Positions 27,974-37,454 of a stretch of DNA of 64,000 nucleotides are shown piece after piece (within the stretch, counting starts at the first letter, position 1; every line of letters starts with the position of its first letter). This DNA is from Candidatus Omnitrophota bacterium (GTDB taxonomy: Bacteria > Omnitrophota > Gorgyraeia > Zapsychrales > JANLHA01), in NCBI GenBank assembly GCA_040753435.1, contig JBFMEN010000069.1, positions 47,551 through 111,550 of the forward strand. The letters run 5' to 3'. The notes under the pieces are model-generated. The model made no database searches. It saw only the letters and a list, made by a program, of their open reading frames with translations, and was not told the DNA's origin. The position numbers and the translations under genes were made by a program.

Positions 27974-28822
27974 ATGAGCAATGCCGCGCTTTTTACCAAG
28001 AGTTATAAAAAACGAAGAAAACCCATATGGCTGGGGTTATTGCAAGGCTTTCTTTTTATTCTTTTTGCCGCCGTTTTTGCTTCAACAGTCTATCACGCCT
28101 TTCAGGTTCAGCTGTTCAACTTGATTTCTGATACGCTCCTTCTGGATGCCAAATTTTTATTTTTTCTCATCCTAAATGTTTTTATTGTCGGCGGGGCAAG
28201 TCTCGTCCTGATTTATCAGTGGGCGGAAAGGGACAACATCCGTTTTCGCGCTCAACAGCTGGCTTATCGCAGTTTGTTAGTTTCACCGGATTACTATCGA
28301 AGTATCAGACGGGTGAGAATCGATCAGGTCATTACTGATATTACAAAAGACGGGCGGAAATTGGCCATTGATAACAATTTGAAAGATTCCGACTTTATTG
28401 CCATAGATGACACTTTAATTGTAAAAAAAGCCAGGCAAACCAACATTTCTTTTAAAGACGGCAAGCTCGATGGCAATTTTAAAACTTATTTTAATAATGG
28501 AAATCTCCTCGCCGATATAAATTATAAGGATGGTAAATTGGAGGGCTCTTGTTGCGTTTATTATCCAAATGGAATTCATCACAATGAGAAGCAGTTTAAA
28601 CGGGGCCAGCTCCATGGTGTTTTCAGGGCATGGGATGAAGAAGGCGCCCTGTTTTTTGAGATTGAATATCAGAACGATGTGCAGCATGGATGCGACAAGA
28701 TTTATCGTAAAAACGGTATTATGGAATATGAGGACACTTATGAGTATGGAAAACTTATTATGCGAAAGATTTTTGATGAAAGCGGGCGTTTTAAATATTA
28801 CCAGAAATACAATGCCGGTTAG
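27974..28822 (+). CDS. MORN-repeat (MORN_2/YwqK-like) protein with N-terminal membrane anchor
   Basis: Two N-terminal TM helices, then repeated G.....YY.NG.L.....YK.GK.EG units (TYFNNGNLLADINYKDGKLEGSCCVYYPNGIHHNEKQFKRGQLHGVFRAWDEEG...). Confidence 0.6.
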   Translation: MSNAALFTKSYKKRRKPIWLGLLQGFLFILFAAVFASTVYHAFQVQLFNLISDTLLLDAKFLFFLILNVFIVGGASLVLIYQWAERDNIRFRAQQLAYRSLLVSPDYYRSIRRVRIDQVITDITKDGRKLAIDNNLKDSDFIAIDDTLIVKKARQTNISFKDGKLDGNFKTYFNNGNLLADINYKDGKLEGSCCVYYPNGIHHNEKQFKRGQLHGVFRAWDEEGALFFEIEYQNDVQHGCDKIYRKNGIMEYEDTYEYGKLIMRKIFDESGRFKYYQKYNAG

Positions 28823-28925
28823 TTTTTCTTTCCTCGAGACAAGTTGAAAAAAATAAAATAACGTTTATAATTTTTTATGCGCAGTTGACGACTAATATGA
28901 CAGGAGCGGCGAAAGAAAGGGTTCT

Positions 28926-29969
28926 ATGGATAGAAAAATTTTATTTTATGATACTAAACCTTATGATCGAAGATTTTTCGATGAGGCCAATAAGAAGTAC
29001 GGACTTGAAATTCAGTACTTGAGCGAGCATTTGAACGAAACGACATCCGCATTTTCGGTTGGTTATGATGCAATCTGTGCTTTTGTCAATGACAATCTAA
29101 ACGCCAGGATTATTAATGATCTTGTGAAAAATCAGGTTTCACTTGTTGCCATGCGTTCTGCAGGTTATAACAATGTCGATCTTAAAGCCGCGTTTGGCAA
29201 GATCCATATCGTTCGGGTTCCTGGATATTCTCCCTATGCCGTTGCTGAACATGCCATGGCTTTGATTTTGTGTTTGAATCGCAAGATTCACAAGGCTTAC
29301 TCCCGTACGCGGGATGGGAACTTTTCAATCACAGGTCTGCTTGGCTTTGATCTTTATGGAAAGACGGCCGGAGTTATCGGGACGGGACAAATCGGAAATT
29401 GCATGATCAATATTTTAAAGGGCTTTGGAATGAATGTCCTTGCTTTCGACAAGGTCAAAAATAAAGAATTCGCCGGGACAGCAGGATTTAAATATGTCAG
29501 TCTCGATGAGCTTTATAAAAAGTCCCATATAATCACTCTCCACTGCCCTTTAACGCCTGAAACAAAGTATTTAATCAATAAGGATAGTATCCTGAAAATG
29601 CGACAGGGCGTGATGATTATCAATACCGGACGCGGAGGACTGATTAACACCAGGGATTTGATTGCAGGGCTCAAGTCGGGCCATATTGGTTCGGCCGGAC
29701 TTGATGTGTACGAAGAGGAAGGGGAGTATTTTTTTGAGGACTTTTCCGGCATTGTTATCAGTGATGACGTCCTGGCCAGGCTGTTGACGTTTCCCAACGT
29801 TCTCATTACTTCCCATCAGGGGTTTTTCACACAAGAAGCATTAACTAATATTGCAGAGATAACTTTAGCTAATGTAAAAGAATTTTATGATGGCGGTTAT
29901 CTGAAGAATGAAATTTGCTATCGTTGTGATGGAAAATGTAAAAAGAATTTAAAGCAGAGATGTTTTTAA
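28926..29969 (+). CDS. D-isomer-specific 2-hydroxyacid dehydrogenase (D-lactate dehydrogenase-like)
   Basis: NAD motif GVIGTGQIGNCMI, catalytic R/E/H region (LHCPLT..T..LIN; INTGRGGLI; ITSHQG). Confidence 0.8.
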   Translation: MDRKILFYDTKPYDRRFFDEANKKYGLEIQYLSEHLNETTSAFSVGYDAICAFVNDNLNARIINDLVKNQVSLVAMRSAGYNNVDLKAAFGKIHIVRVPGYSPYAVAEHAMALILCLNRKIHKAYSRTRDGNFSITGLLGFDLYGKTAGVIGTGQIGNCMINILKGFGMNVLAFDKVKNKEFAGTAGFKYVSLDELYKKSHIITLHCPLTPETKYLINKDSILKMRQGVMIINTGRGGLINTRDLIAGLKSGHIGSAGLDVYEEEGEYFFEDFSGIVISDDVLARLLTFPNVLITSHQGFFTQEALTNIAEITLANVKEFYDGGYLKNEICYRCDGKCKKNLKQRCF

Positions 29970-29982
29970 ATAAAATTGATTC

Positions 29983-31758
29983 ATGCTCGATCCCAAGTTT
30001 TTCACTACCCTCTCTGAGTTTGTCTTTCTTGATACGGCCAGCCTGGGTCCTGATGATGCGACCTCATATTTATTTTTAAATCCCAGGAAACACATTATCG
30101 CTCAAAGTTATGAGGAGGTTCCTCAATGTCTGGACAGGATGGAAGAGGAATCCAGGCGGTTTTGGCTGGCTGGTTATATGCGCTACGAAGCCGCCTTTGG
30201 TCTGGACGTAAAATTTAATCCTCCGGCGGAAAACCACCTTCCGCTGATCTGGTTCGGCGTTTATGAAAAGCCCGCGGTAATTGATAAAGTGAATGACTGT
30301 CAATGCGATGCGCCGTTGGTCCGATTGAACCCCCAAATGAAGTTCGCAGATTATGCGCGCGTGATCCGATCGATCAAAAAACAAATTTTTTTGGGCAACA
30401 CGTATCAAGTGAACTATACGTTTGATTTTTTGATTCAGGCGTTCGCTTCACCCGAGTTTCTGTATTTCTTCCTCCGCAGGCATCAGGCCACGCCCTATAC
30501 AGCTTTTATCCGGAATTCTTTGGAGGAGGTCCTGTCCTTTTCGCCTGAACTTTTTTTTCGCCATGAAGGTGAAAGGATATGCACTCGTCCGATGAAGGGA
30601 ACTGCCTCCCGCCGCATTGAATCAGACAGTGATTCTGCCCAACAGGAACGGCTGCGTCATGACCAGAAGAACCGGGCTGAAAATCTTATGATTGTGGACT
30701 TGCTCCGCAACGATCTCGGGCGCATCTGTAAAGCGGGTTCAGTGCAGGTTCCTTCATTGTATGATATTGAAACTCATCCGACCGTTCACCAGATGACATC
30801 GACAATTGAAGGCATTTTGCGCGAAGACGTTGGTTGCGGAGACATTTTCAAAGCATTATTTCCATGTGGATCGGTGACAGGCGCACCAAAAGTTAAGACC
30901 ATGGACATCATTAGTGAAATTGAGGAAGGACGCCGGGGGATTTATTGCGGAGCTCTCGGTTATATTTCGCCGGCAAGAAAAGCTGTTTTCAGCGTTCCAA
31001 TCCGTATTCTTCAGAAAGAACGTTCTGCCAGTCAATGGCAATATCGTGCAGGGAGCGGGATTGTCTGGGATTCAAAGATTCGAAGCGAATGGGAAGAGGT
31101 CATGTTGAAGACATCTTTTCTAACATGCGAATCACCGTCAGATTTTGAGTTGGTCGAAACAATGAGGTGGGATGGGGCTAAAATATTATTCGAGAAAGAG
31201 CATTTGTCCCGATTACTATCATCATCGAAGTTTTTTTCATTTGGATTAAAAATTAATTGTTTAAAAGCATACCTTTTAATGTTGAAAAAAAGTTTATCGC
31301 CCGGACAGGAGACAGTCATCCGTCTGTTATTGAATCAGGCGGGGAAATTGCGGCACGAATGCCGGGATATGGAGCCCGCGTTGGAAAAAGCTTGTGTTCG
31401 TTTTTCCGAAATAATCCTTGATTCGAAAAATGAATTTCTCAAGCATAAAACATCGTATCGCCCCTGGTATGCGAAGGCAATGGAGCGTATTAAAAATAAA
31501 GAGATATGGGATGAGATTTTTTTCAATCAGCACGGGCAGGTTTGCGAAGGGGCACGAAGTAACATTTTTATAAAAAAGGGTGGCCGGCTATGGACTCCTC
31601 CGGCAAACTGCGGACTCCTGGACGGCCTTTATCGACAAAAACTTTTAAATGAAGGCGGTTGTCGTGAGAAGGCGCTTTATCAAGAGGATATTCTAGAAGC
31701 AGACAGCGTTTATTGCGGAAATTCAGTCAGGGGCCTTCAGGAAGTTGTTCTTGTTTAA
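29983..31758 (+). CDS. pabBC: Aminodeoxychorismate synthase component I (PabB, chorismate-binding) fused to aminodeoxychorismate lyase (PabC, class IV aminotransferase fold)
   Basis: Chorismate-enzyme motifs LMIVDLLRNDLGRI, FPCGSVTGAPKVKTMDIISEIEEGRRGIYCGALGYI. C-terminal fold-type IV PLP domain (ELVETMRWDG..., IFFNQHGQVCEGARSNIFIKKGGRLWTPP). Confidence 0.8.
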   Translation: MLDPKFFTTLSEFVFLDTASLGPDDATSYLFLNPRKHIIAQSYEEVPQCLDRMEEESRRFWLAGYMRYEAAFGLDVKFNPPAENHLPLIWFGVYEKPAVIDKVNDCQCDAPLVRLNPQMKFADYARVIRSIKKQIFLGNTYQVNYTFDFLIQAFASPEFLYFFLRRHQATPYTAFIRNSLEEVLSFSPELFFRHEGERICTRPMKGTASRRIESDSDSAQQERLRHDQKNRAENLMIVDLLRNDLGRICKAGSVQVPSLYDIETHPTVHQMTSTIEGILREDVGCGDIFKALFPCGSVTGAPKVKTMDIISEIEEGRRGIYCGALGYISPARKAVFSVPIRILQKERSASQWQYRAGSGIVWDSKIRSEWEEVMLKTSFLTCESPSDFELVETMRWDGAKILFEKEHLSRLLSSSKFFSFGLKINCLKAYLLMLKKSLSPGQETVIRLLLNQAGKLRHECRDMEPALEKACVRFSEIILDSKNEFLKHKTSYRPWYAKAMERIKNKEIWDEIFFNQHGQVCEGARSNIFIKKGGRLWTPPANCGLLDGLYRQKLLNEGGCREKALYQEDILEADSVYCGNSVRGLQEVVLV

Positions 31759-31798
31759 TCCCGCATGTTGTTCTTGCCATTCGGCCAAAACGTATTTC

Positions 31799-31827
31799 TT
31801 TACAAAAACAAACCGCTTTAGTACAAT
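31799..31827 (+). promoter_or_regulatory. Putative sigma70-type promoter upstream of the TonB-dependent receptor gene
   Basis: TTTACA (31799-31804), a 17-nt spacer, then TACAAT (31822-31827), about 95 nt upstream of the ATG at 31921. Confidence 0.35.
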
Positions 31828-31920
31828 CTTCGAATTCAACTGCAATAAGTTTCGTGACTGATAGAATGCCGTTTCAAAATTTCCATCGATATATATCTAA
31901 AGTGGGGTGACGGTGGCGAC

Positions 31921-33621
31921 ATGAAATGGTTTACGCTTTATATCCTGCATCTGTTTTTGGTTTCAGCGGCCTTTGCGCAGACGGTTGATTTGGAACCAAT
32001 CCGGGTTGTTGGCGAAGGTGGTTATCAAGAAGTCCTCTCTTCCTATGAACCAGTTTCTCTTGCCGGTGATTTCTCAGGCATTGATATACAAGAGTTTACC
32101 GGCTATGGTTTTCTTCAGGATGTTTCAATTCGCGGAGGAATTTTTGAGGATACAAATACGCGATTAAATGGCATTTCTTTAAATAATCCCCAGACTGGGC
32201 ATTATCATCTTTCCCTTCCGGTCGTTTCAACAGATATCGAAGGTCTTAATGCCGATCTCAATCGTCAAACACTGAATTATAATTTGTTACTGCCTGTCCG
32301 TGAATCATCTTTTATCAGAATGGCGGGAGGGAACGGAGGTTTCGCCGAAAGCGTTTTATCCATGACACGCAAGGCCCAAGATTCTTTCCATCGTTTTTCA
32401 ATAGAAGGAACACGCGCTGACGGCCTCCTCGACGAAACTGACGGTTTTCGTTCGGCTGCGTCTTATACCCTTAATCATCAGGGGTCTTACAATGACTTTT
32501 TCCTTTACACGGCCGTTTCAGAAAAAAAGTTCGGAGTTGGAGGCGCATACTCAGCCCCTTGGTATATGAAAGAAGAGGAGCATTTGAAACAAGAGCTGTT
32601 CATGGCAAAGTGGACATCCCATAAGGAAATCGATTTTTCCATCGCTCCTTATGTCCATCGTACGCAAGACCTTTTTTTACTTGATCGGGATAATCCTTCC
32701 TTTTACAGAAATGATCATACGACATTTGTCAGCGGAAACATTATTGAATTATACGACACTCAAACAGGTCGTTACGGGACTTTTGAGTTTCAGCGGGAAG
32801 ATATTCGTTCGACGAATTTAGATGAACATCAACGGTTTTCATATGCGTTTGACGCCGGAATCAAGGAAGGGGAATATGGTGGGTGGCTTTACGAAGGAGG
32901 GCTCAGAGCCCGGTATTTCGATCGGTTTCCTTTTAAATTAATGCCTCATTTGGGCGTTGGATATCGTGTTACCAATTTTTGGAAAGTTCAAATCAAGGCC
33001 AATCGAAGCTTCCGCCAGCCATCGTTCACGGAATTGTATTATGATTCTCCAACAAATATCGGGAATGCCAATCTTGAGTTGCAGCAGAGCGACAACATCG
33101 AACTGGGAACTTCCTATGAAACGAATGAATTCAGATTTTATTTCGACGGCTTCTATAGGCGTCAACAAAATACGATTGACTGGGTGAGGGACAGCGGTGC
33201 GGTTCAATATCAGGCGATTAATACCGGGAAGGTCAATGTCAGAGGTTTTGACATCGGCATTGGAACAGCTATTAATTTGATTATTTTTGACCGGATGGAT
33301 CTTGCATACACCAGGCTCAATGTGAATAAGGAAAAACTTTATGACGTTTCCAAATATGTTTTTGATTACCTCCGTGACAGGGCCGTCCTTAAACTGTCAA
33401 GCGGGAAGGGCAAGTGGGGGTGGTCAGTCAATTCCGTTTATGAATATCATATTAGCCTTGGTGACAGAATAATCTTTTCAGCAGAAGGGGATTATCGCGT
33501 CAGTAATGATTCGCGTGTTTTTATTGCCGCCGACAATATCCTTGATGAGGATTATGAAGAGTTCTCCTTTATCCAGGGCAGTCCTTTTTTTATCAAAGCC
33601 GGACTTGAGATGTATTTTTAA
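31921..33621 (+). CDS. TonB-dependent outer-membrane receptor (short form)
   Basis: Signal peptide ending AFAQT, a plug-like N-terminal region (LEPIRVVGEGG...FLQDVSIRGG...LNGISLN), a long beta-barrel region and C-terminal ...GLEMYF. Confidence 0.65.
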   Translation: MKWFTLYILHLFLVSAAFAQTVDLEPIRVVGEGGYQEVLSSYEPVSLAGDFSGIDIQEFTGYGFLQDVSIRGGIFEDTNTRLNGISLNNPQTGHYHLSLPVVSTDIEGLNADLNRQTLNYNLLLPVRESSFIRMAGGNGGFAESVLSMTRKAQDSFHRFSIEGTRADGLLDETDGFRSAASYTLNHQGSYNDFFLYTAVSEKKFGVGGAYSAPWYMKEEEHLKQELFMAKWTSHKEIDFSIAPYVHRTQDLFLLDRDNPSFYRNDHTTFVSGNIIELYDTQTGRYGTFEFQREDIRSTNLDEHQRFSYAFDAGIKEGEYGGWLYEGGLRARYFDRFPFKLMPHLGVGYRVTNFWKVQIKANRSFRQPSFTELYYDSPTNIGNANLELQQSDNIELGTSYETNEFRFYFDGFYRRQQNTIDWVRDSGAVQYQAINTGKVNVRGFDIGIGTAINLIIFDRMDLAYTRLNVNKEKLYDVSKYVFDYLRDRAVLKLSSGKGKWGWSVNSVYEYHISLGDRIIFSAEGDYRVSNDSRVFIAADNILDEDYEEFSFIQGSPFFIKAGLEMYF

Positions 33622-33639
33622 GTGCGTTAAGATGAATTT

Positions 33640-34641
33640 ATGCGAATGCTTCTGAAAACTCTGCTGGTTATCACTGGAGGCTTCTTCCTGGGAATTGTTT
33701 TGCTGGTTCTATGGCCAATTCCTTCAAATCCTTTCTTCGTGTCAGACCGCCGCCTAACTTATAACGAAAGTCTTGAGCGTTTTCAGGAAATTGCCCGGCA
33801 GCGAGAGATTGAGTATATTGATGATTGTAGGCCGCGGTTATATACACATGGACACAGGGTTGATCGGGCAGTTGTTTTCTATCATGGATATACGAATTGC
33901 CCGCGACAATTTGAAAGCTTGGCGCGTTTGTTTTATGAATCAGGATACAATGTTTATGTGCCTCGAATTCCTTATCATGGCTCACCTGACCGTTTGACCA
34001 GTAATATTGCCAAATTGACCATGAGTGATTTGATTGATGTTTGCAATAGTTCAGTAGAGATTGCAAGTGGTTTGGGAGACCGGGTTTTTGTCATTGGATT
34101 ATCAATGGGTGGAGTTATGTCTGCATGGAATGCCCAGTTTTCAGAACAAATAGACACTGGGGTTGTTCTGGTCCCGAGCTTTGGCTGGTATTTTTTACCG
34201 GGTATGATTGATCCGTTGATTAACGCAGCCAGAGCTATGCCCAATATTTTCTTCTGGTGGGATCCGGTCAAAAGAGAGCAAAGGCCAAGTCCATATTCCA
34301 TGTATCATCATTTTTCCAGCAGAGGAAGCGGAAATATACTTCGCCTCGGCCTTGAGGTATTTCGATCCGCCCAAAAAACACCCCCCAAGGCCCAACGCCT
34401 TGTTGTTATGGAAACTGAGCTTGATATGGCTGTTGATGCAGTCAGCACCAGACGGATTATCGAATACTGGCGCAATCAGGGTGCAGATGTTAATTATTAT
34501 CTTTTTCCTTCTGAATTAAAGATAGAGCATGATATTATCGATCCATTGCAACCTTATGAGCAAGCTGACACTGTTTATAAAAAAATTATTGAGATGGCAG
34601 AGCCTGATGGAAGAATAACTCAAGGATTGACTTCCAGGTAG
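33640..34641 (+). CDS. Alpha/beta-hydrolase fold protein with N-terminal membrane anchor
   Basis: Nucleophile elbow GLSMGG, an upstream HG(Y) oxyanion region (VVFYHGYTNCP) and an N-terminal TM helix. Confidence 0.6.
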   Translation: MRMLLKTLLVITGGFFLGIVLLVLWPIPSNPFFVSDRRLTYNESLERFQEIARQREIEYIDDCRPRLYTHGHRVDRAVVFYHGYTNCPRQFESLARLFYESGYNVYVPRIPYHGSPDRLTSNIAKLTMSDLIDVCNSSVEIASGLGDRVFVIGLSMGGVMSAWNAQFSEQIDTGVVLVPSFGWYFLPGMIDPLINAARAMPNIFFWWDPVKREQRPSPYSMYHHFSSRGSGNILRLGLEVFRSAQKTPPKAQRLVVMETELDMAVDAVSTRRIIEYWRNQGADVNYYLFPSELKIEHDIIDPLQPYEQADTVYKKIIEMAEPDGRITQGLTSR

Positions 34642-34681
34642 AATTCCTTCAAAATATTTCAAAATTTCAATAGGAGAATAT

Positions 34682-35140
34682 ATGTTTCAAATTGATAAAG
34701 CAAAAATGGAGGATGTTGAATCTATCCACGGCCTTATTAATGCCGCTGCAGTCAGGCAGCAAATGCTGGCCCGTTCTTTGCAGTCGATTTATGAAAACCT
34801 TCGCGCCTTTGTTGTTTGCCGCAATGAAAAAGGTCAGGTAATCGGTTGCTGTGCTATGGAAATCGTATGGAGGGATATGGGTGAGATTCGTTCGCTTGTC
34901 GTGAGTTCGCGTTATCGGGGGAAAGGCATCGGCGCATTACTGGTCAGTTCCTGCCTTGACGAGGCCAAGTCTCTGGGAATCCGGAAGATTTTTACGTTGA
35001 CCTATGTGGAAGATTTTTTTAAAAAGCTGGGGTTCCGTAAGCTTGATAAGAAAAAATTGCCGCATAAGATCTGGAACGATTGCATTAATTGCCCTCATTT
35101 TCCCGATTGTGATGAGGTTGCTTTAATCACAAACCTTTAA
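34682..35140 (+). CDS. GNAT N-acetyltransferase (amino-acid N-acetyltransferase-like)
   Basis: Acetyl-CoA motif LVVSSRYRGKGIGALLV. The overall ArgA-like short-form pattern is ...FVVCRNEKGQVIGCCAMEI... Confidence 0.75.
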   Translation: MFQIDKAKMEDVESIHGLINAAAVRQQMLARSLQSIYENLRAFVVCRNEKGQVIGCCAMEIVWRDMGEIRSLVVSSRYRGKGIGALLVSSCLDEAKSLGIRKIFTLTYVEDFFKKLGFRKLDKKKLPHKIWNDCINCPHFPDCDEVALITNL

Positions 35141-35159
35141 TTAAAATAAAAGGATTCGC

Positions 35160-35549
35160 ATGGCTGAATTATTTATGATCGCTTTAGGTGGATCGATCGG
35201 CGCCTTGAGTCGGTACGCAATGGCAGGATGGGTTCAAAATATATCTCAAAGCGGTGAGTTTCCATATGGGACATTGAGTGTTAATTTATTGGGAGCCTTT
35301 GTGATCGGAGTCCTCTGGGCTCTTTCCGAGCGTTTTATGATTCCACTTCATATCCGTGAATTTCTTTTCGCCGGGTTACTGGGCGGGTTTACGACTTTTT
35401 CGACATTCTGTCTTGAGAATCTCAATTTAATCAGAATTAATGACTGGAAACTTGTTGTGGTTAATATCGGCATCAGTAATATTGGTGGAATTTTTTTTGC
35501 TGCGTTTGGTTTTATCATAGCTGGATATCTCCTGAATATTAAGGGGTAG
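35160..35549 (+). CDS. crcB: Fluoride ion channel CrcB/FluC
   Basis: MIALGGSIGALSRY...FPYGTLSVNLLGAF...GLLGGFTTFSTF is the CrcB signature. Confidence 0.85.
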   Translation: MAELFMIALGGSIGALSRYAMAGWVQNISQSGEFPYGTLSVNLLGAFVIGVLWALSERFMIPLHIREFLFAGLLGGFTTFSTFCLENLNLIRINDWKLVVVNIGISNIGGIFFAAFGFIIAGYLLNIKG

Positions 35550-35557
35550 TTGTAAAA

Positions 35558-36313
35558 ATGGTAGACGCACACATACACTTACAGTCTATTCCGAAAGAAC
35601 GACGCACAGAGCTTTTGTCTCACTTGTGTGACCTGAAGTTTTCCGCTCTTTTTTGCAATGCGACTTCGCCCGATGACTGGTCAACCGTGATGTCGATAGC
35701 CGATTTTGTTGAAAGCGTAAAGCCGTTTATCGGCGTCCATCCATGGTTTGTTGATCATCTTCCTCAGGATTGGGAAGCGTTGCTGGTTCATAATTTTCGG
35801 CATAGCCATTGCGGTATTGGTGAAATCGGTCTTGACCGGACTCCCAAAGGCGGTGATTTTGACCGTCAGAAGAGTGTTTTTGTCAGGCAACTGGATTTGG
35901 CGTTAATGTTTAAAAAACCTTTTTCGATTCATTGCGTTGAAGCCTGGGGGGCCATGATGACGATTCTAAGATCATATAATTTTAATTTTCCATTTATTGT
36001 TCATTCATTTATCGGCTCCGGGGAGATTCTTCATGAACTCATTAACATGGGGGCCATGATTTCTGTGGGGCAGCGCAGTCTCAAACAGCATGACGCGGTT
36101 TCCCGCATCAAAGATATTCCTGATGACCGGTTGCTGATTGAAACGGATTTTCCTTATTTGCCTAAAAAAAATAAGGATGAGGCGGGGATTGAAGATTATC
36201 GTATGGCGATTATGGAAGCATATAAGAGCGTGGGTGAAATTCGTAGTTTGCCCGTCGAACAGCTCATTGAGCAGGTTAAATCAAACGCCCGAATGATATT
36301 AAAATTTATTTAA
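35558..36313 (+). CDS. TatD-family metal-dependent hydrolase
   Basis: MVDAHIHLQ N-terminal His pair and GEIGLD motif, with TIM-barrel amidohydrolase spacing. Confidence 0.75.
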   Translation: MVDAHIHLQSIPKERRTELLSHLCDLKFSALFCNATSPDDWSTVMSIADFVESVKPFIGVHPWFVDHLPQDWEALLVHNFRHSHCGIGEIGLDRTPKGGDFDRQKSVFVRQLDLALMFKKPFSIHCVEAWGAMMTILRSYNFNFPFIVHSFIGSGEILHELINMGAMISVGQRSLKQHDAVSRIKDIPDDRLLIETDFPYLPKKNKDEAGIEDYRMAIMEAYKSVGEIRSLPVEQLIEQVKSNARMILKFI

Positions 36314-36318
36314 AAGCC

Positions 36319-37080
36319 ATGATGAAACAATTTCTACGAACTGAATTGTTGCTGGGAAAAGATCGGGTGAGGACATTGCATCATCGAAAGGTTGCGGTGA
36401 TCGGTTTAGGTGCTGTCGGAAGTTATGCAGTGGAGGCCCTGGCACGGGCAGGTGTTGGCAATTTCTTTTTAGTTGATTGCGATGTAATTGAAGAAAGCAA
36501 TATAAATCGCCAGCTTTATGCGCTGCATTCAACTGTCGGGCAGGACAAGGTTCAGGTCGCCCGTGAGCGGGTTCTGGACATAAATCCGAAATGCCGGGTA
36601 AAAGTTGAACGAATATTCATGCATCATTATTCAATCGGTGCAGTCTTTGCCTTTGAGCCGGATTTGATTGTTGATGCTGTTGATTCTTTAAATGCAAAAG
36701 TAAGTATTCTGGCCGAGATTCACCGCCGGGGAGTTCCGGTAATATCATCAATGGGGGCAGCCCTGAGAAAAGACCCGTCAAAAATCAAATTTGGCGATAT
36801 CAGCCACACCTGGGGATGCCCGCTTGCCAAATCTGTCCGAAAGCGTTTGAGAAGGCTTGGTATTCGTGAAGGAATTTCTTGTGTTTACTCAACAGAGGAA
36901 GTTCCTGCGCTGGCGGAAGCAGAAGGCGGGGAGGAGACGATTGAATCTGTTGAAAAACCAGGCGAAAATTTTCAAGGTCGACCAAGGCGTCCTTTGGGAA
37001 GTCTTCCAACAGTATGCGGGATATTCGGTTTAACGGTTGCCCATTATGCTGTTGAACTGCTGATCAAGGAAAAAATATAG
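36319..37080 (+). CDS. tcdA: tRNA threonylcarbamoyladenosine dehydratase (ThiF/MoeB E1-like, TcdA/CsdL)
   Basis: LRTELLLGKDRVRTLHHRKVAVIGLGAVGSYAVEALARAGVGNFFLVDCDVIEESNINRQ matches the TcdA N-terminus and Rossmann motif. Confidence 0.8.
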   Translation: MMKQFLRTELLLGKDRVRTLHHRKVAVIGLGAVGSYAVEALARAGVGNFFLVDCDVIEESNINRQLYALHSTVGQDKVQVARERVLDINPKCRVKVERIFMHHYSIGAVFAFEPDLIVDAVDSLNAKVSILAEIHRRGVPVISSMGAALRKDPSKIKFGDISHTWGCPLAKSVRKRLRRLGIREGISCVYSTEEVPALAEAEGGEETIESVEKPGENFQGRPRRPLGSLPTVCGIFGLTVAHYAVELLIKEKI

Positions 37081-37370
37081 ATTTTTTTGCCGTAAAAGTA
37101 GAAAAATGTCATTAAAAGTTCCCTCAAACTATGTTTTTTTATTTTTTTTGGAGTATAGTTATTGACCGAGTAAGGCCATACTCTGATCACACAGATCGCC
37201 CTTGGACTTAAAACGTTCAGGGGCTTTTTTATTTTAATGAGCTGGCTTGGTGCAGGAACGGCTTTTTTTATTGAAATGAGTACGGATAGGCTTTAAGACA
37301 CGATCAACAGTGGCGGGTGAGATTGTTTGCAAGGGTAACAAGAAATATGAGTCAATTAGTTTTTGTGCGT

Positions 37371-37398
37371 TTGCCTTGTTTTTTTCATAGTTTATAAT
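37371..37398 (+). promoter_or_regulatory. Putative sigma70-type promoter for the giant-protein genes
   Basis: TTGCCT (37371-37376), a 16-nt spacer, then TATAAT (37393-37398). It lies inside a 374-bp AT-rich non-coding region about 55 nt upstream of the ATG at 37455. Confidence 0.35.
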
Positions 37399-37454
37399 AT
37401 ATACTTTAATAAAATTTTTATCCGCCAGGCAGAATAATCGGAAACAGGCTCCGA

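Noticed and set aside
31759-31920. Possible cobalamin or other riboswitch in the leader of the TonB-dependent receptor gene
   Set aside because: The leader between the predicted -10 and the ATG is only ~90 nt and shows no conserved B12-box-like sequence. That is too short for a cobalamin riboswitch aptamer.
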